Source: Rhodosorus marinus CCMP1338
Taxonomy: Eukaryota > Plantae > Rhodophyta
Direction: 5' to 3'
DNA: 64,000 bases
NCBI GenBank assembly: GCA_029953675.1
Contig: JAMWBK010000007.1
Span: 930,001-994,000 of the forward strand
In this document: positions 1 through 12,876 of the stretch, one piece after another
Numbering within the stretch: the first letter of the stretch is position 1
Layout: every line of letters starts with the position of its first letter
The notes under the pieces: model-generated
What the model was told of the DNA's origin: nothing
Databases searched by the model: none
The model's input: the letters and a program-made list of their open reading frames with translations, nothing else
Translations under genes and position numbers: made by a program

Positions 1-2241
1 GATAACTACGTTCTTTGATACTCGAGTCTGGGACTTAACGAGCTCTCTCTCTCTCTCCTCCTCCTCAACTTCGCTATACTGTGGGCCTTGTATGATGGGC
101 GCCTGGACAATTGGAGAAAATCACTAGTCTGAGGCCTCGAATCCAACTGATTCTTCCAATCTAAGCTCGAGCGTCTTACCATTTTGGCGCCAATCTCAGC
201 CATCAATGGCGTTAACGCCATCGAGGAGACAATGACAACAACGAGGACCTTGTTAACTTCATCTGGCAGGAATCCCTTTTAGTCGGAGAATCGGAGGGGA
301 CAAAAGTTGACAAAAGTTGCCGTTCCCAATCAGCTGCCACCCCTTGGTTTTCCAGTGAGTTTTGTGCATGCTGAAACTTACCAGTTTGTTCGCCAAAGCA
401 AAGAGAACAAACCCAAATTCTCCTCCTTGTCCGAGAATCAATCCCAGCTTTGCAGATTCTGGCGCGCTGAGGTTGAACGGCCTCGCAAGCAGTCCCAGGA
501 TGGTCGATTTCACTGCCATGAGACTGGCAATGAGGGCCGCAATCTGATCGGTCGGAAAAAAAATTCGAACGTTGCTTAGCTGCATGTACACAACCCTTTT
601 TGAAGACGAAACCCAACTGAAGGAAAACAATGGTTACCTCGAATGGCTGTTCAAGGAAAACTGAAATATCCATGCTCATGCCCGTCGTGATGAAGAACAG
701 ACCCAGCAATAGACCACGGAAAGGCTCAATATCGACCTGAATTCTCGATCGGTAGGAACTCTCCGAGAGTAGAACACCAGCAATGAATGCTCCCAAAGTC
801 ATCGAAAGACCAAGTCTGGACCACCACAACAAGCGATCACGTGTGAGGGCGGGGGACAGCCGGATGGGGCTATGAACGAGGAAAATGCGCTTCCTCACTC
901 GTTGGTAATGTATCCAGCGCCAAGTACGGTCGCTAATACGATCGACGTGAACGCTTCCGCACTGCGACTCTCACTGACGAAACGAAACACTGGTCGCAGC
1001 ACAAATCCTCCGCCAACAACCTGTTTGGCAAAGAGCAGACCGCATCAGAACGACGACCGGCTGGGGACAAGAACGCACGCTCACAGCTTAGTATTTTTGG
1101 CGCGGAAAACCTACAACCGCGAAAACTCCTGCAACAGCCTTTGCTGCTGTAGCAAGAATCGCCGTGATCAGACCCTCGATTTGCTGAAAACCTGTCCATC
1201 TAGAGCAGCGAATGCACAACAAAGCCCCTTCATTAGTCGATTTCCTGCGGTTCGCCCTCACGAGCTCTACGGTTCCAAAAGGCCAAGCAAGCATACTCTG
1301 TAGTGGACAAGAGTGGAACCAAGACCAGAAGGGGAACCACCGCAATATCCTGGAGCAATAAAACACCAAAAGCCGCCGTGGCGTATCGACTAGACTGCTC
1401 TTTCCTCTCGGCAAGAAGCTGCAGCACAAACGCGGACGATGACAGTGATAGGGAAGTCCCGATCACCAGAGACTCAGATATCCCAGCTCCCATCAGCAGG
1501 GCACCTCCTGCGAGTGCCGTAGAGGTCAGGGCCATCTACACAGAATTCAGCAAAACGCGGGTCGTTAGCTTTCCAAACATCGCAGCCTTCGAGGTCGTTG
1601 GACATGGATGCTCGTCTCCACGCCGGCATTGCCCGAATTCCGATCTGGGAATCCGCACAAGGGGAAAACAAATCTCTGGTCGGTTGGTTTACCTGCAATG
1701 TTCCAAGACCAAATGCGTAAACTCTGAGCTTCTTTAGTCTGTCGATAGAGAGCTCGAGCCCCATTTCAAAGAGCAGGAAAAGCACTCCTATGTCTGCGAT
1801 CTGCGCGATGTCTTCCAATTCCGTTACCAGTCGGAGCCCGTGTGGTCCTAGAGCGACTCCCGCCGCGAGAAAGCCCAGGACTGGGGATAAGTTGAACCTA
1901 GATCCGGCGTTGAAAAGGCACATAATCAGAGCCTTTAATCATCTATTTTCATTCCCCGGCCCAGGAGGTCTCTACCTTTTGAACAGTGGAACCACAACGG
2001 CACTAGCTATCAACAGTTCAAGCGTCTCCTTCAGACCACCAACAACCGCGTTACAACTCCATCGTGCTTTTGTCCGCCTCGGCGACAGTTCAGGGCCTCC
2101 AACCGACGATCCGCATCTCCAAGATCTTGATCTCGTAGGTACGAAACTGGATTCAAATCTACACGAGCTAGAACCGCGTCTAACCCCAACTCGATCCGCC
2201 ACAGCTACAGAAAACCCACACAATCCACCGGAATCCATCAT
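1..2241 (-). CDS. KEA3: Thylakoid-type K+/H+ antiporter (CPA2 family), multi-exon, probably continues past the window start
   Basis: Spliced pieces of ORFs 1972-2286, 1474-1923, 1233-1535, 212-898, 259-630 and 6-221 give [46 protein letters not shown] and QGGEFGFVL, which are KEA3/KefC hallmarks. ATG at 2241 is followed by a transit-peptide-like leader. A GTAAG donor after ...IGAKM suggests further exons beyond position 1. Confidence 0.85.
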
Positions 2242-4786
2242 TCCAACGGAATCAAAAAAGCAAAAAAAACAGTGGGACTTTATCAAACCAAGCTCTCTCT
2301 CCAGATCAGAGATCGTTCAATCCCACTAGTCCCCTTCTCAACATCTCCAAAAAAAAGAAGACAGAAGCCGATCTACAACCACCGCGACCCCCACCTCTCC
2401 TCCACTTCTACTCTCAGTCAATCCACACAACAAAAGAAAAAACGATTTCTATCTACACATCGTCACAAAATCTGTAGCGATCCTCCTCCTCCTCCTCCTC
2501 CTCCTTCTCTCTCTCTCTCTCTCTACAAACCTTCTTCACTAACACAAACATAAAGACTCCATCCTATTAACTTTCCACTATAACAAATCTCATCACATAT
2601 CATCTCTCTCACTTTCTCACTCACTCACTCTCTCACTCTCTTTCTCTGATGAAGAAGAAGACCGAAAGAGATTTTTTCACTTTTTCCAGCCGCCTTTTAT
2701 TTTTCGTCTATATAGAAAAAAAAACTGCTGTGCAATGCTTTCCCTTTTTGCAGTTTCGCCATGAGCAGTGCACACAAGTCCCTCACACTCTCACACTGTC
2801 TCTCTTGACGAAGAAGAAGAGAGCAGTACCTCTCTGGAGATGAGTAGGTTGGCTTCTGGATCGAGACAAGAATGTAGATTGTAGCTTCAGCAGACTTCCC
2901 GATGATCATGGCTCTCCTGTGATGACGTCATTACATTTTCCCGACCGTCTCCGTGCTTTATGGGCAGAGCACTGACAGCCATTCATTTGGGAAGGACCGG
3001 TAGTGGGACACACACAGGTCCTTTGTCCCGTTAAACGTTTTTTCTCATGTTGAGGATGGTTAGGTGCTGCGTGTAGTACTGAAGAGAGCAAGAACTTTAT
3101 CTAATTTTCCTCTGCATCCCTCTCGGGGTTTGTGAGCACTTGGTCGGTGCAGGGTGCAATGCTTCCCCATGACCCGGGATTGAGTGCAGAGGTTCGGTCA
3201 ACGCTGCCGGACAGCTCTTTAGCAGGACCTTGGTGGAGGTTGAGTAGTTTGGGTTACGGATCGAGACAAGCATGTAGATTGTAGCTTCAGCGGTCTTCCC
3301 GATGATCATGGCTCTCATGTATTGAGGTCGTTGCACCTTCCCCATCGTCTTCGTGCTTTATGGGCAGGGCGCTGACAGCCATTCATTCGGGAAGGAGAGG
3401 TAGTGGGACACACAGTTTCTTTGTCCCGTGAACGTTTTTTCTCATGTTGAGGATGGTTTGGTGCTGCCAGTACTGGCACTAGTACTAAAGAGAGCAAGAA
3501 CATGAGATAGCGTGCCTCCGCATACCTCCCGGGGTTTGTGAGCACTTGGTCGGTGCAGAGTGCAATGCTGCCCCATGACCCGGGATTGAGTGCAGAGGTT
3601 CGGTCAACGAAGCTGCCGGACAGCTCTTTAGCAGGACCTTGGTGGAGGTTGAGTAGTTTGGGTTACGGATCGAGACAAGCATGTAGATTGTAGCTTCAGC
3701 GGTCTTCCCGATGATCATGGCTCTCATGTATTGAGGTCGTTGCACCTTCCCCATCGTCTTCGTGCTTTATGGGCAGGGCGCTGACAGCCATTCATTCGGG
3801 AAGGAGAGGTAGTGGGACACACAGTTTGCTTTGTCCTGTTAACGTTTTTTCTCATGTTGAGGATGGTTTGGTGCTGCCAGTACTGGCACTAGTACTAAAG
3901 AGAGCAAGAACGTGAGATAGCGTACCTCCGCATACCTCCCGGGGTTTGTGAGCACTTGGTCGGTGCAGAGTGCAATGCTTCCCCATGACCCGGGATTGAG
4001 TGCAGAGGTTCGGTCAACGAAGCTGCCGGACAGCTCTTTAGCAGGACCTTGGTGGAGGTTGAATACGTTGGGTTACGGATCGAGACAAGCATGTAGATCG
4101 TAGCTTCAACCGAGTTCCCGATGATCATGGCTCTCCTGTGATGAGGACGTGACATCCTCCCTCCCGCTTCGTGCTTTATCGGCAGGGCAGTGACGGCGAT
4201 TCATTTGGGAAGGACCAATAGCGGGACACGCAGGGTCCTTTGTCCCGTTAAATGTTCTGTCTCATGTGGAGGATGATTTGGTGCTGCCAGTACTGGCACT
4301 AGTACTAAAGAGAGCAAGAACTTGAGATAGCGTGCCTCCGCACACCAGGGGTTTGTGAGCACTTGGTCGGTGCAGGGTGCAATGCTTCCCAAAAGCTGGG
4401 ATTGAGGTCAGAGGTTCGGTGAACGAAACTGCCGGCCAGCTCTTTAGCAGGACCTTGGTGGAGGTTGAGTAGGTTGGGTTCTGGATCGAAACAAATATGT
4501 AGATTGTAGCTTCAGCCGACTTCCCGATGATCATGGCTCTCCTGTGATGAGGTCGTGACCTTCCCGACCGTCTTCGTGCTTTATGGACAGGACACTGACA
4601 GCCATTGATCCAGTAGTGGGACTCACAGGGTCCTTTCATCGGTTAACGTTTCTGTCATGTGGAAGATCGTTTGGTGCTGCATGTAGTATTGAAGAGAGCA
4701 AGAACTTGAGATAGCGTGCCTCCGCATCCCTCCCGGGGTTGTGAGAACTTGGTCCATAATTGAGGTGCAATGCTTCTGTAAGTGTA

Positions 4787-4850
4787 GTCGCCTTCGGATG
4801 CTGCTTTATTGTTGGACGCGCGTCATCAGCGTCTCCTTCCCCCGCCGCAC
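4787..4850 (+). mobile_element. Short 3' remnant of an RLE non-LTR element
   Basis: Inverted copy of 5208-5260; matches 61270-61320. Confidence 0.55.
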
Positions 4851-5185
4851 CCAAGGGAGTGCCCTGGAGCAGGAAGTAACCATACTAAAAGTTCGCCACT
4901 GACAACACGCGGGGGGTGAAACCCACTGATTCTATGCCAAACGTGGTCTAAATTAGACGTAGGGATTCCAACCACTATCTCAATTCATACCCAAAGAAAC
5001 TCCGTCCTTTTTTTTCTACGTCTTCTGGCAAGGCAACTTTCTAGTACACTCTAGTTAACCCTGTGGGCAAGATCTGCTTCCAACACCGGCCAGACTACGT
5101 TATGATAATCAATAGTAGTGATTGGTACAATGATCGTTAGTGTGTTCTCTTGGACTTTCACACTGATCAGCAACAATTCACTCAT

Positions 5186-5345
5186 CGCCTATCTACCCTG
5201 AGGAGCAGAAAGGGAGACGCTGATGACGCGGCTCCAACAACAAAGCAGCAGTCGAACGCCAGAGAGGGTCAGCGACACAGTTTCCGTGAGGAGGCTGTCG
5301 AGACTGCCGGGGGTATCGCGGAGAAAACAACGAATCCAGCTATCG
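5186..5345 (-). mobile_element. 3' remnant of an RLE non-LTR element (family B tail)
   Basis: Aligns by eye with 61252-61400, including the shared terminus GCCTATCTRCCCTGAGG. Translates (with frameshifts) to SLT/LWRST..PRHQRL, like the RLE C-terminus SVSLWRYS..EARHRRL. Confidence 0.65.
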
Positions 5346-7734
5346 ATTAGGTGGAGTACCAGTTCACCGCAGCATCGGATAGTCCATAGATAGGAAAGGC
5401 ACTCCGTAGTTGGTACCGGTGTGCCTCATCTGGGTGCATGCTTTCCGCATCATGCTTGTCTTATGTGTGAATGTCTGCTCAAGAGATTAAGATTTAGAGC
5501 ATCCTCATGATCTGGGATTTGAGTACCGAGGTTCAGTCATCAAAGCTGCTGAACCTCTGCCGGACAGCTCTCTAGCAGGGCTTAGTGCTGGATGTTGAGT
5601 AGGTTGCGTTCTGGATCGAGACAAGAATGTCGAGTGTAGCTTCAGTAGACGTCCCGATGATCATGGCTCTCCTGTGATGAGGTCATGACCTTCCCGACCG
5701 TCTTCGTGCTTTATGGGCAGGGCGCTGACAGCCATTCGTTTGGGAAAGACCGGTAGTGGGACACACAGGGTCCTTTGGGTTTTCATGTTGAAGATGGTTT
5801 GGTGGTTTATAACGTAGGAAATTGACATAGCCTGCCTTTCCTTCGCTCGCGATATGCGTTGCTTCCTCATGACCTGGGATTGACTGCTGGGGTCCAGTCA
5901 ACGACGCTTCCCGAAAGCTCTCTAACAGGACTTTACTGGAAACGAGTAGTTAGAGACGAGTATATAAGGTGAAACTTCCCTCTCCTTTTAATTTTGAGGT
6001 TGTTGAGTACCTGGACGGTGGGATCTGCAACGCTTCATCATGATCGAAGTAGCAGAGTCCGGCCAATGAAGATGAACAAGATTTCTCCAGGGCTAGTCCG
6101 CTCCAGTGGAGGCCCGATGATGAATGTACTCCAGTGTGATGTGGTGGGTCATGAACATCCCCGCAAACCTCGTGGCGTATGCACGTTCATAGCCATTCGT
6201 CGGGGAAGGGCTGACTGCGGACTGGTGCTGATCTGTCTTGAAGATAGTCCGCTTTTTTATGGTTCAACACTGAGGAGAGTAGAAATTTGAGATGGCATTC
6301 CTCCCCTCAGCCGCGCTCAGGGCTGGTGAGCACCCCCTCCATGGATGTACGACACTTCCTACCTTTTCGTGACTTAGAAGATCCCCAAAAGCTCTCCAGA
6401 AAGAGTTTGTTCGGGATCTGGAGGTAAGCTTGGGAATTTGGACGAGTATGTAGAGGGCGCCTTCAGTAGAGTCCCGATGATGAAGTCCCTCATGGATGGT
6501 GTTGTTGTCACGAAACGTACAAGCTACTCCTTCGGTGAGCGGACGTTCGTAGCCGTTCACCGGAGAAAGACTGACTGTCGATGCGCCTTGAAGTAGCAAC
6601 GTTTTCTTGCGATCATGACGATGGATTGTGTCTGTAGTGTACTGGCAAGACCAAGGGTTTTAAACAGCTTCCCTCTCCTCTGCTCAATACCTTTGAAAAG
6701 GTCTAGACATTCGTCAACAATACGTTTGTCATATACATATGTATTCGTAGTATTGCCATTCCGCCGGATGGCACGAGGAAAGAGGACATGCAGGTTGCAA
6801 GGCAGTCAACTTCATCGCCGGCGTTCGGGAGTTTAAAAGAGCAAGACACAAGCCACCAAAGAAAAGGGAATGGTGATAGCAACGACTGCCACATCTAAGC
6901 CGATCCGTTCCCTCCGAGTGATACTGTTTGGCTTGTCACCCTAGCGGTATCGCTCCGGACGCAAACGAGATCCCGCCGGAGGGATCCTCAAGTCAAATCT
7001 CTATATACCATTCAAGAAGCCTAAAAGACCTCTGAAGCAGACAAGGCAAAAGAGCGCACCTCCAGAAATGCAAACCGTTACAGACGCCAGAGGCTGTGTC
7101 GGTGGGCAAGAGCGGAAGGTTGGTCATGTTAGCCAACCCCCGCCCGAACACCACAACCAAGACTAGCATGGACATATATGCATTCGTCCCGAAGCAGATC
7201 GAGGTGAAAAAGTGCAAAGGAGAAGAGGGTCAATTCTTCTCAAGGTGCTTCGTGACGCGTGCTCGTGGTCATCCGCTGTGTCAAAATAGCAGTTTTTGGT
7301 TTCGAAGATGGTACGCAAGTAGTCGTCATCTTCGTCGAGTTTTAAGTTTCAGACGACGAAGGGAGGGAGTTGTGTGTGGCGTGGGGTCTGGGACACTGAT
7401 CATCGCCATCGGGGGAGTTGTTGGTCTGCTTCCGGGGAGGGGGTTGGGAAGCGAGCTGGATATTGGTTTGGGTTCTAAGAGAGAAAGGCTTCTTGGTGAT
7501 TGTTTCCTTACTTGCTTTTCCGGAAGGGGTTTGTTTTGATTTGACAGGATCCGTTTTCTTCGTCGACAGGGGTGGGTTGATTTGTGCTCTGGTAGGAAAG
7601 ATCTTCGGGGGTTTTTGGGGGGTTTGAAAGAAAGTTTTTTGGTGACGGTTTTGGTAGATTTTCTCTCTTCCGGGTGACTTTCTTGTTTGGGTGTGTGAAT
7701 GGATGGATTGGAGTCGTTGTGAGGATCGTAGAGG

Positions 7735-9325
7735 ATGGCATTTGTAACTCCAGCTGGTGTGTTCAGAAGACGCGACCTGGTGAGTTGTGATGGATGGTTG
7801 GACAAGGTGAGTCAGTGGATTGGTGACGAACAATACGAGGATGTAGGTGTAGATGTCCCGGGTCTTGAGGTTGTGGATTTGAAGAAGAGCTTTTTGAGGA
7901 AGGAGAAGGGGAAGAAGGGGAAGCGGAAGCGGAAGGAGATCGTTCATGCGCTGAATGGCGTTTCTTTTACTGCGGAGCGGGGTCAGATCTATGGTACGAA
8001 AAGCTGCGCCATTGGGCGGGGCCTGTGCGCTCCCTTCCTTGTGTTAAGTCCGGTGGTTTGCCTCTCTCGCAGGTTTACTCGGACCCAACGCGTGTGGAAA
8101 GTCTACTACGATGAAGTGTATAGGATCGATCAATGCGGCAGACTCCGGCACGATTCGTGTCTTCGGTGTAGATGTCAGTAAACAACCTTACAAGGCCAGA
8201 CAAGTAAGATTCGACTCCCCGCTCCACCAAGATTCTAATCCCAAGCATCATCCTCTGACAAAAACGTCTTCTGTTTTGGGTGGATCCGTTTTCCCAGATG
8301 TTCGGATATGTACATCAGGATGCAGGAGTGGACAAAATTCTAACCGGACGCGAACACCTCGATTTGTTTGCAGACCTTGCTCACGTGGACACAGCTCGAA
8401 AGGAGCAGAACACAGAGGACCTGATCACCGCGCTCAGGATGGAGAATTTCATAGATCTAGAAACCGGAGTCTATTCCGGTGGGATCAAGCGAAGGCTTGA
8501 TATCGCGCTCGCAATGGTTCATCAGCCAGGTATGCACTTGACAAGCGAACATAGGACGCGAGGGGATCCTTGCCTAACCAAACGCAATTGAGCGCTCTAC
8601 ACAGGCCTATTGCTGCTGGATGAGCCGACAACTGGATTGGATGTTGAATCGCGGGCGATCATATGGGATCTATTGAGAGAGTTTCGTGGGAACGGCGGAT
8701 GCGTCCTTTTAACCAGCCACTATTTGGAAGAGGTAAGGCAATAGTCCTGCAAGAGCTTGAGTGAAGCGCCTCTCTGGTCTGATTTTCAATGCCCTCCGGA
8801 TGCTGTAAAAGGTGGATACGTTGGCGGATGTGGTGGGCATTATGGACAAGGGTAGTCTAATCGCATCAGGGACAACTGCAGAGCTGAAGGCATCCTTGGG
8901 AGGAACACGGGTCCAAATAAGAATCGAGGTAGGAGGTCTTCACGAGGGGAGCAATCCTCTAGCTCCTGTTGCCCCAAAAACTGAAATCCGAAAAACATGT
9001 TTCCCTCCAGGAGTTTACGTCGCAGACAGAAGCTGAGAGAGCGTTGGAGCATTTGAAAGCGAAAGGGGCGATCAGACAGGGGCTTATCAACCCCGGACTG
9101 GGGAACGCGCTGGAGCTTGTCATCCCCGCGAATCGCGACACCAGCGATGCCGTCGAGATCCTCCTCAGAGATGCAGGTTTCGAGAGCATGTTCAGCGTCT
9201 CCAAGTCTAGAATGAGCCTAGGTGATGTCTACCTCACCGCTACAGGTAGATCCCTCCAAGACGCCGACCGCATCGCTCAAGCAGCCCGCGATCCAAAGCA
9301 GACGAAATCGGAACAGATCCTCTGA
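7735..9325 (+). CDS. Stand-alone ABC-2/DrrA-like ATPase with a probable plastid transit peptide (multi-exon)
   Basis: After splicing: Walker A GPNACGKST, Q-loop GYVHQD, signature YSGGIKRRL, Walker B LLLLDEPTTGLD, H-loop LTSHYLEE. Starts MAFV. Confidence 0.85.
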
Positions 9326-10536
9326 GCCCCCAAAAAATCTACCCTATTTTTCAAAAAATAATTTATAGGGTAGCCAAAAACGTAGATTTTACTTTGACAG
9401 AACGTACTAAATTATAACGATCAGACAAAAAAAAGGCCAAGAATGTGAAGGACAGCTGTCGAAATGGTTTCTCCCAAAAAACGATTATGAATCTCGATCG
9501 TCAAAATAATTTAAACAAAACAGTCACAAAACAGAGCCGGCAACCGTATGAATTTTCTCTCACACCACCCCCCTATCCCCATTTTCCACCCGAGGTAGTT
9601 GCTGTAGAATGCGGGGTCATAATATCAACAATGTCCTTTTATTTATAAAACAAGAACTTATCCGGAAGAATATTTCTAGATCAATACCCCCCTCTTCTCA
9701 CAACCTCAGTTTTTCCTCTCCCGAGAAAGGGGGGGTAGAAGTTCATCTCTCCCCAGCCCGCAACAACGACATTGGACAGCCTGTCGTATTCAAACGACAA
9801 GCTGTCTTTCTATAGGATATGTGGTCATGATTTAAATGCTAATATCGTAATTTTGAACCATTTTTATAAATATAGAAAATATTATTTGGGTATATAGTCA
9901 TAAAATTAGAATTTTTGCCTTTGTTTTTGAAGTGTTGGTGATGAAGGCTTGTGTGGGGGATGAAAAGGACATATAGAATGGTAATGATGGAGATGGTGAG
10001 GGAGGGGATACGATACGATATTGGGATTTGTTGGGGAGAGGAAGGGGAAGTTGGGTGGTTGGGTGGTGGGGATTGGGAGCCGGGGGGGGAGGGGGTGGGT
10101 TGGGGAGGGTGATGGGGGGGTGTTTGGTAGGAAGGGGATTGATCTTTGGTTTTGGGTTGAGAGTGAGGGTTTGACAAAAGTTCAGGTGAGGATGATTCTT
10201 GCTGAGTAGGGGTTTTGCGGGGTGCAAACGAGAATCTGTTGAAGGGAGTTTTTGTTTTCTTGGGAGGGGTTGTGTCGGAGGTTGGAGAGGAGGGGTGAGA
10301 AGACGATGGCTGAATGTGATCTACTCTTCTTTTTTCTTTTTTTTTTCGTTCGTGGAGCTTGGTTAGGTGTTTTTTTGGATACGATCGGAGATTTTGCTTG
10401 TGTGTTCTTGTGGTTTGAGGACGGTCTTTGTTTTAGAGGAGGATCGGTTTGGCGCTTTTCGTTAGCTTTTTCGTTTGGGATTTTTGGCTCCACAAGGAGG
10501 AGAGCTTTTGCTGAGGAATAACTCCCCCAAAAGAAA

Positions 10537-11681
10537 ATGTCGGAAAGGTGTGGTTGAAAAGGAGCTCAAGTTTCTTTGGTTGTCTGTATTCGGCTTTTTT
10601 TTTTTTTTTGGCTTGGGGTTACTAGGAGTGATGGATTTTAGATGTTTAGATGTGATGATTGTTTGGTGTTTAAGGGTGGTGGGTTAATGAGTGAAGGTTT
10701 TGATACATGCGCTGAAATGATACAAACAAAACATTGTGCTGGGCACATGCGTTGGGCCATTGGATTGGGTTTGATGTAGGACTGTTTTCGTGGGTAATCT
10801 TTCCTGGGATACCAGATGGCAGGGCTTGAAGGACCATATGCGTCAAGCCGGAAATGTGGTTCACGCGGAGGTCTTTAGTGAGGCGTCTGGTAGGTCGGCC
10901 GGATGTGGAATTGTCGAGTATGAATCGAAAGCAGACGCCATGCATGCAATCACCGCCTTGAACAACAGTACGCTCGATGGGAGACAAGTCTTCGTTCGGG
11001 AGGATAGGGATTCTGGACGACAGCCTCGCGGCGGTGGCGGCGATGCTGGTGTTGGGGGTGGTGGCGGTGGTGGCGGTGGATTCTTCAACCGAGGCGGTAG
11101 CGGCGGTGGCTTCGGAGGGGGTGATTTCGATCGCGGCTTCAACGACAGGGGCTTCGATCGCGGTGGCTTTGACTCCGGCTTTGACCGCGGAGGCGACCAG
11201 TTTGGTAAGTATTTTTTCGTTTTCTTCCTCAAGCCGCAACGATGTTCTTGTCAATCTTGTCTGATCTCTTCTTGGGTGCGTAGGTGGAAGAGGCGACTAC
11301 AATAGGGGCGACATTGGGGGCGGTGATGATGGTGGCGGTGGCGGTGGCGGTGGCGGTGGCGGTGGCGGTGGAGGTGGTTTCCAGTTTGGCAATCAAGGCA
11401 ATGGTGGAGGAGGTGCCGGTGGCGGATTTCGGGACGACCGCGGAAGGAAAGTGGTTGTGACGAATCTGCCCTACCAAATTCGATGGCAGGAACTGAAAGA
11501 CATATTCCGTTCCTGCGGTGAGGTCATCCGGGCGGACGTGTTGACGGGACCCGATGGCCGCTCCAAGGGCGTAGGAACCATTGTCTTCGAGTCCGAAGCC
11601 GGCGCACAGGAAGCCATTTCTCGTCTCAACGAAGCCGAGTTGGACGGACGTGTTATTTACGTTCGTTTCGATCGCTACTAG
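10537..11681 (+). CDS. Two-RRM, Gly/RGG-rich RNA/G-strand-binding protein (GBP2/HRB1/hnRNP M-like)
   Basis: Exons 10537-10547, 10780-11206 and 11284-11681 give MSERTVFVGNLSWDTRWQGLKDHMR...GCGIVEY, an RGG/Gly linker, and a second RRM VTNLPYQIRWQELKDIFR. The W-x-x-LKD motif is typical of this family. Confidence 0.85.
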
Positions 11682-12291
11682 ACTTCCGCCATCCCCGAAA
11701 CCTGTGGACTAGCTTCGCTGAAATTGGTTGTCTGAGAATAGAAGATGCGTTTGTTTTTTTGCGTGATCGTATGCCACTGAGGTCCATAGTCACCGCTGAT
11801 GCGGGGTCGGCAGCCTGCAGGGTAGTAAAAGTCGAAAGATTTCAGCGCGAAGAGTAGCCTATTTGGAAAATCTTGAACAAACGAAAAGTAGGCCTTCCCA
11901 ACTACAATAAAGTCATCGTCGCCCTGGGCGCAAAGTCAGCCTGTCGTCGCAATTGTCTAGCGAGCGGATGGATAGCAAAGACTCGACATCCGGGACGTCC
12001 TGTCCACGGTTCAGTCCTGACCTTTGGGACGGTCCCATAACACCAATGCTGTGTGGAAATAGCTTTTGTAGACTTTGTAGGCAGAAATCTTGCAGATCAT
12101 CCGTCCGTCGAGATGTGTAAGGAATTGGTAATGTTTCCTATCAATGTTTAGGATGAGAAACCGCCGGGGTTCCCCTAGCGTCGTTCGGATCTAATCTGTT
12201 TAGTCGGGTCATGGATTCGAGTTGAGAGATTTCTAATAAAGGCGCGCACTCTTCTTCTGACGTTGAAATTTTCTTGTTGTTCTTATTTTAA

Positions 12292-12876
12292 TTACTCGGC
12301 ACTCAAAACAGGGAACTCAAACACGACATCCTTTCCAGTAAGCTTCTTGTACACAGATTGGAAGGTTTCGGTCTTGTGTTCTACATTCTGCTTCTCCTTA
12401 GGGTCAAGGTGTACCTTGTAGAGCCGACCTCCGTCCATCTTGAATCGTGTTCTTTGTCCAACGATTTCGGTAGGATATACGATATCTTCAAGCGTAGCCT
12501 GGTGCACGGAGGTAAGCGTTCGGTTTCTCGGTCGCTTCTGTGCCAACAAACGCTTTCCTGCTCTCTCTCTTCTCATAATCCTCCTAGACGCCACCACAAT
12601 CACGTGCTTTCCAGAAAACTTCTTCTCAAGCTCTCTCACAAGCCTAGACTGGATCTTGTGGACTTTCTGAAGCAGCCTAAACGGTACGAACACCACCACC
12701 GCCTTCTTCGACCCAACATCGATCTCCTTAGCCCCAGTGATAAAGATCTCCCTCAAATCCTCCCACGACTCCGCGCTAGACTCCTCCAGCTCAAGCATCG
12801 CGTGCGCAACAGCCTCCTCCAGTATATCAGGCTCGGCCCCATTCTCCTTGTGGATCTTATGTCTCACGTCCGCCAT
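12292..12876 (-). CDS. RPS7: 40S ribosomal protein S7 (eS7), intronless
   Basis: KIQSRLVRELEKKFSGKHV, KRPRNRTLTSVH, LEDIVYPTEIVG and YKKLTGKDVVFEFP. Confidence 0.97.
   Translation of the reverse strand: MADVRHKIHKENGAEPDILEEAVAHAMLELEESSAESWEDLREIFITGAKEIDVGSKKAVVVFVPFRLLQKVHKIQSRLVRELEKKFSGKHVIVVASRRIMRRERAGKRLLAQKRPRNRTLTSVHQATLEDIVYPTEIVGQRTRFKMDGGRLYKVHLDPKEKQNVEHKTETFQSVYKKLTGKDVVFEFPVLSAE

Larger units (their letters stand above)
2720..6600. repeat. Tandem array of a ~400-410 bp unit (five conserved units plus degenerate outer copies)
   Basis: Marker GGATCGAGACAAG recurs at 2858, 3258, 3667, 4077, 4483 (variant) and 5613. Diverged units lie at about 5850-5960, 6050-6250 and 6400-6600. 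Confidence 0.9.

Noticed and set aside
2720-6600. 5S rDNA, snRNA or spliced-leader array identity
   Set aside because: No 5S, U-snRNA or Sm-site motif was recognised by eye; an Rfam search is needed.
6615-7400. Hydrophobic minus-strand ORF pieces as the ABC permease partner
   Set aside because: No coherent gene model or ABC-2 permease motif could be built.
9839-10521. Pro-rich and Lys-rich ORFs (also 7326-7947 and 31264-31672)
   Set aside because: They are by-products of G/T-skewed 5' flanks and show no domain signal.
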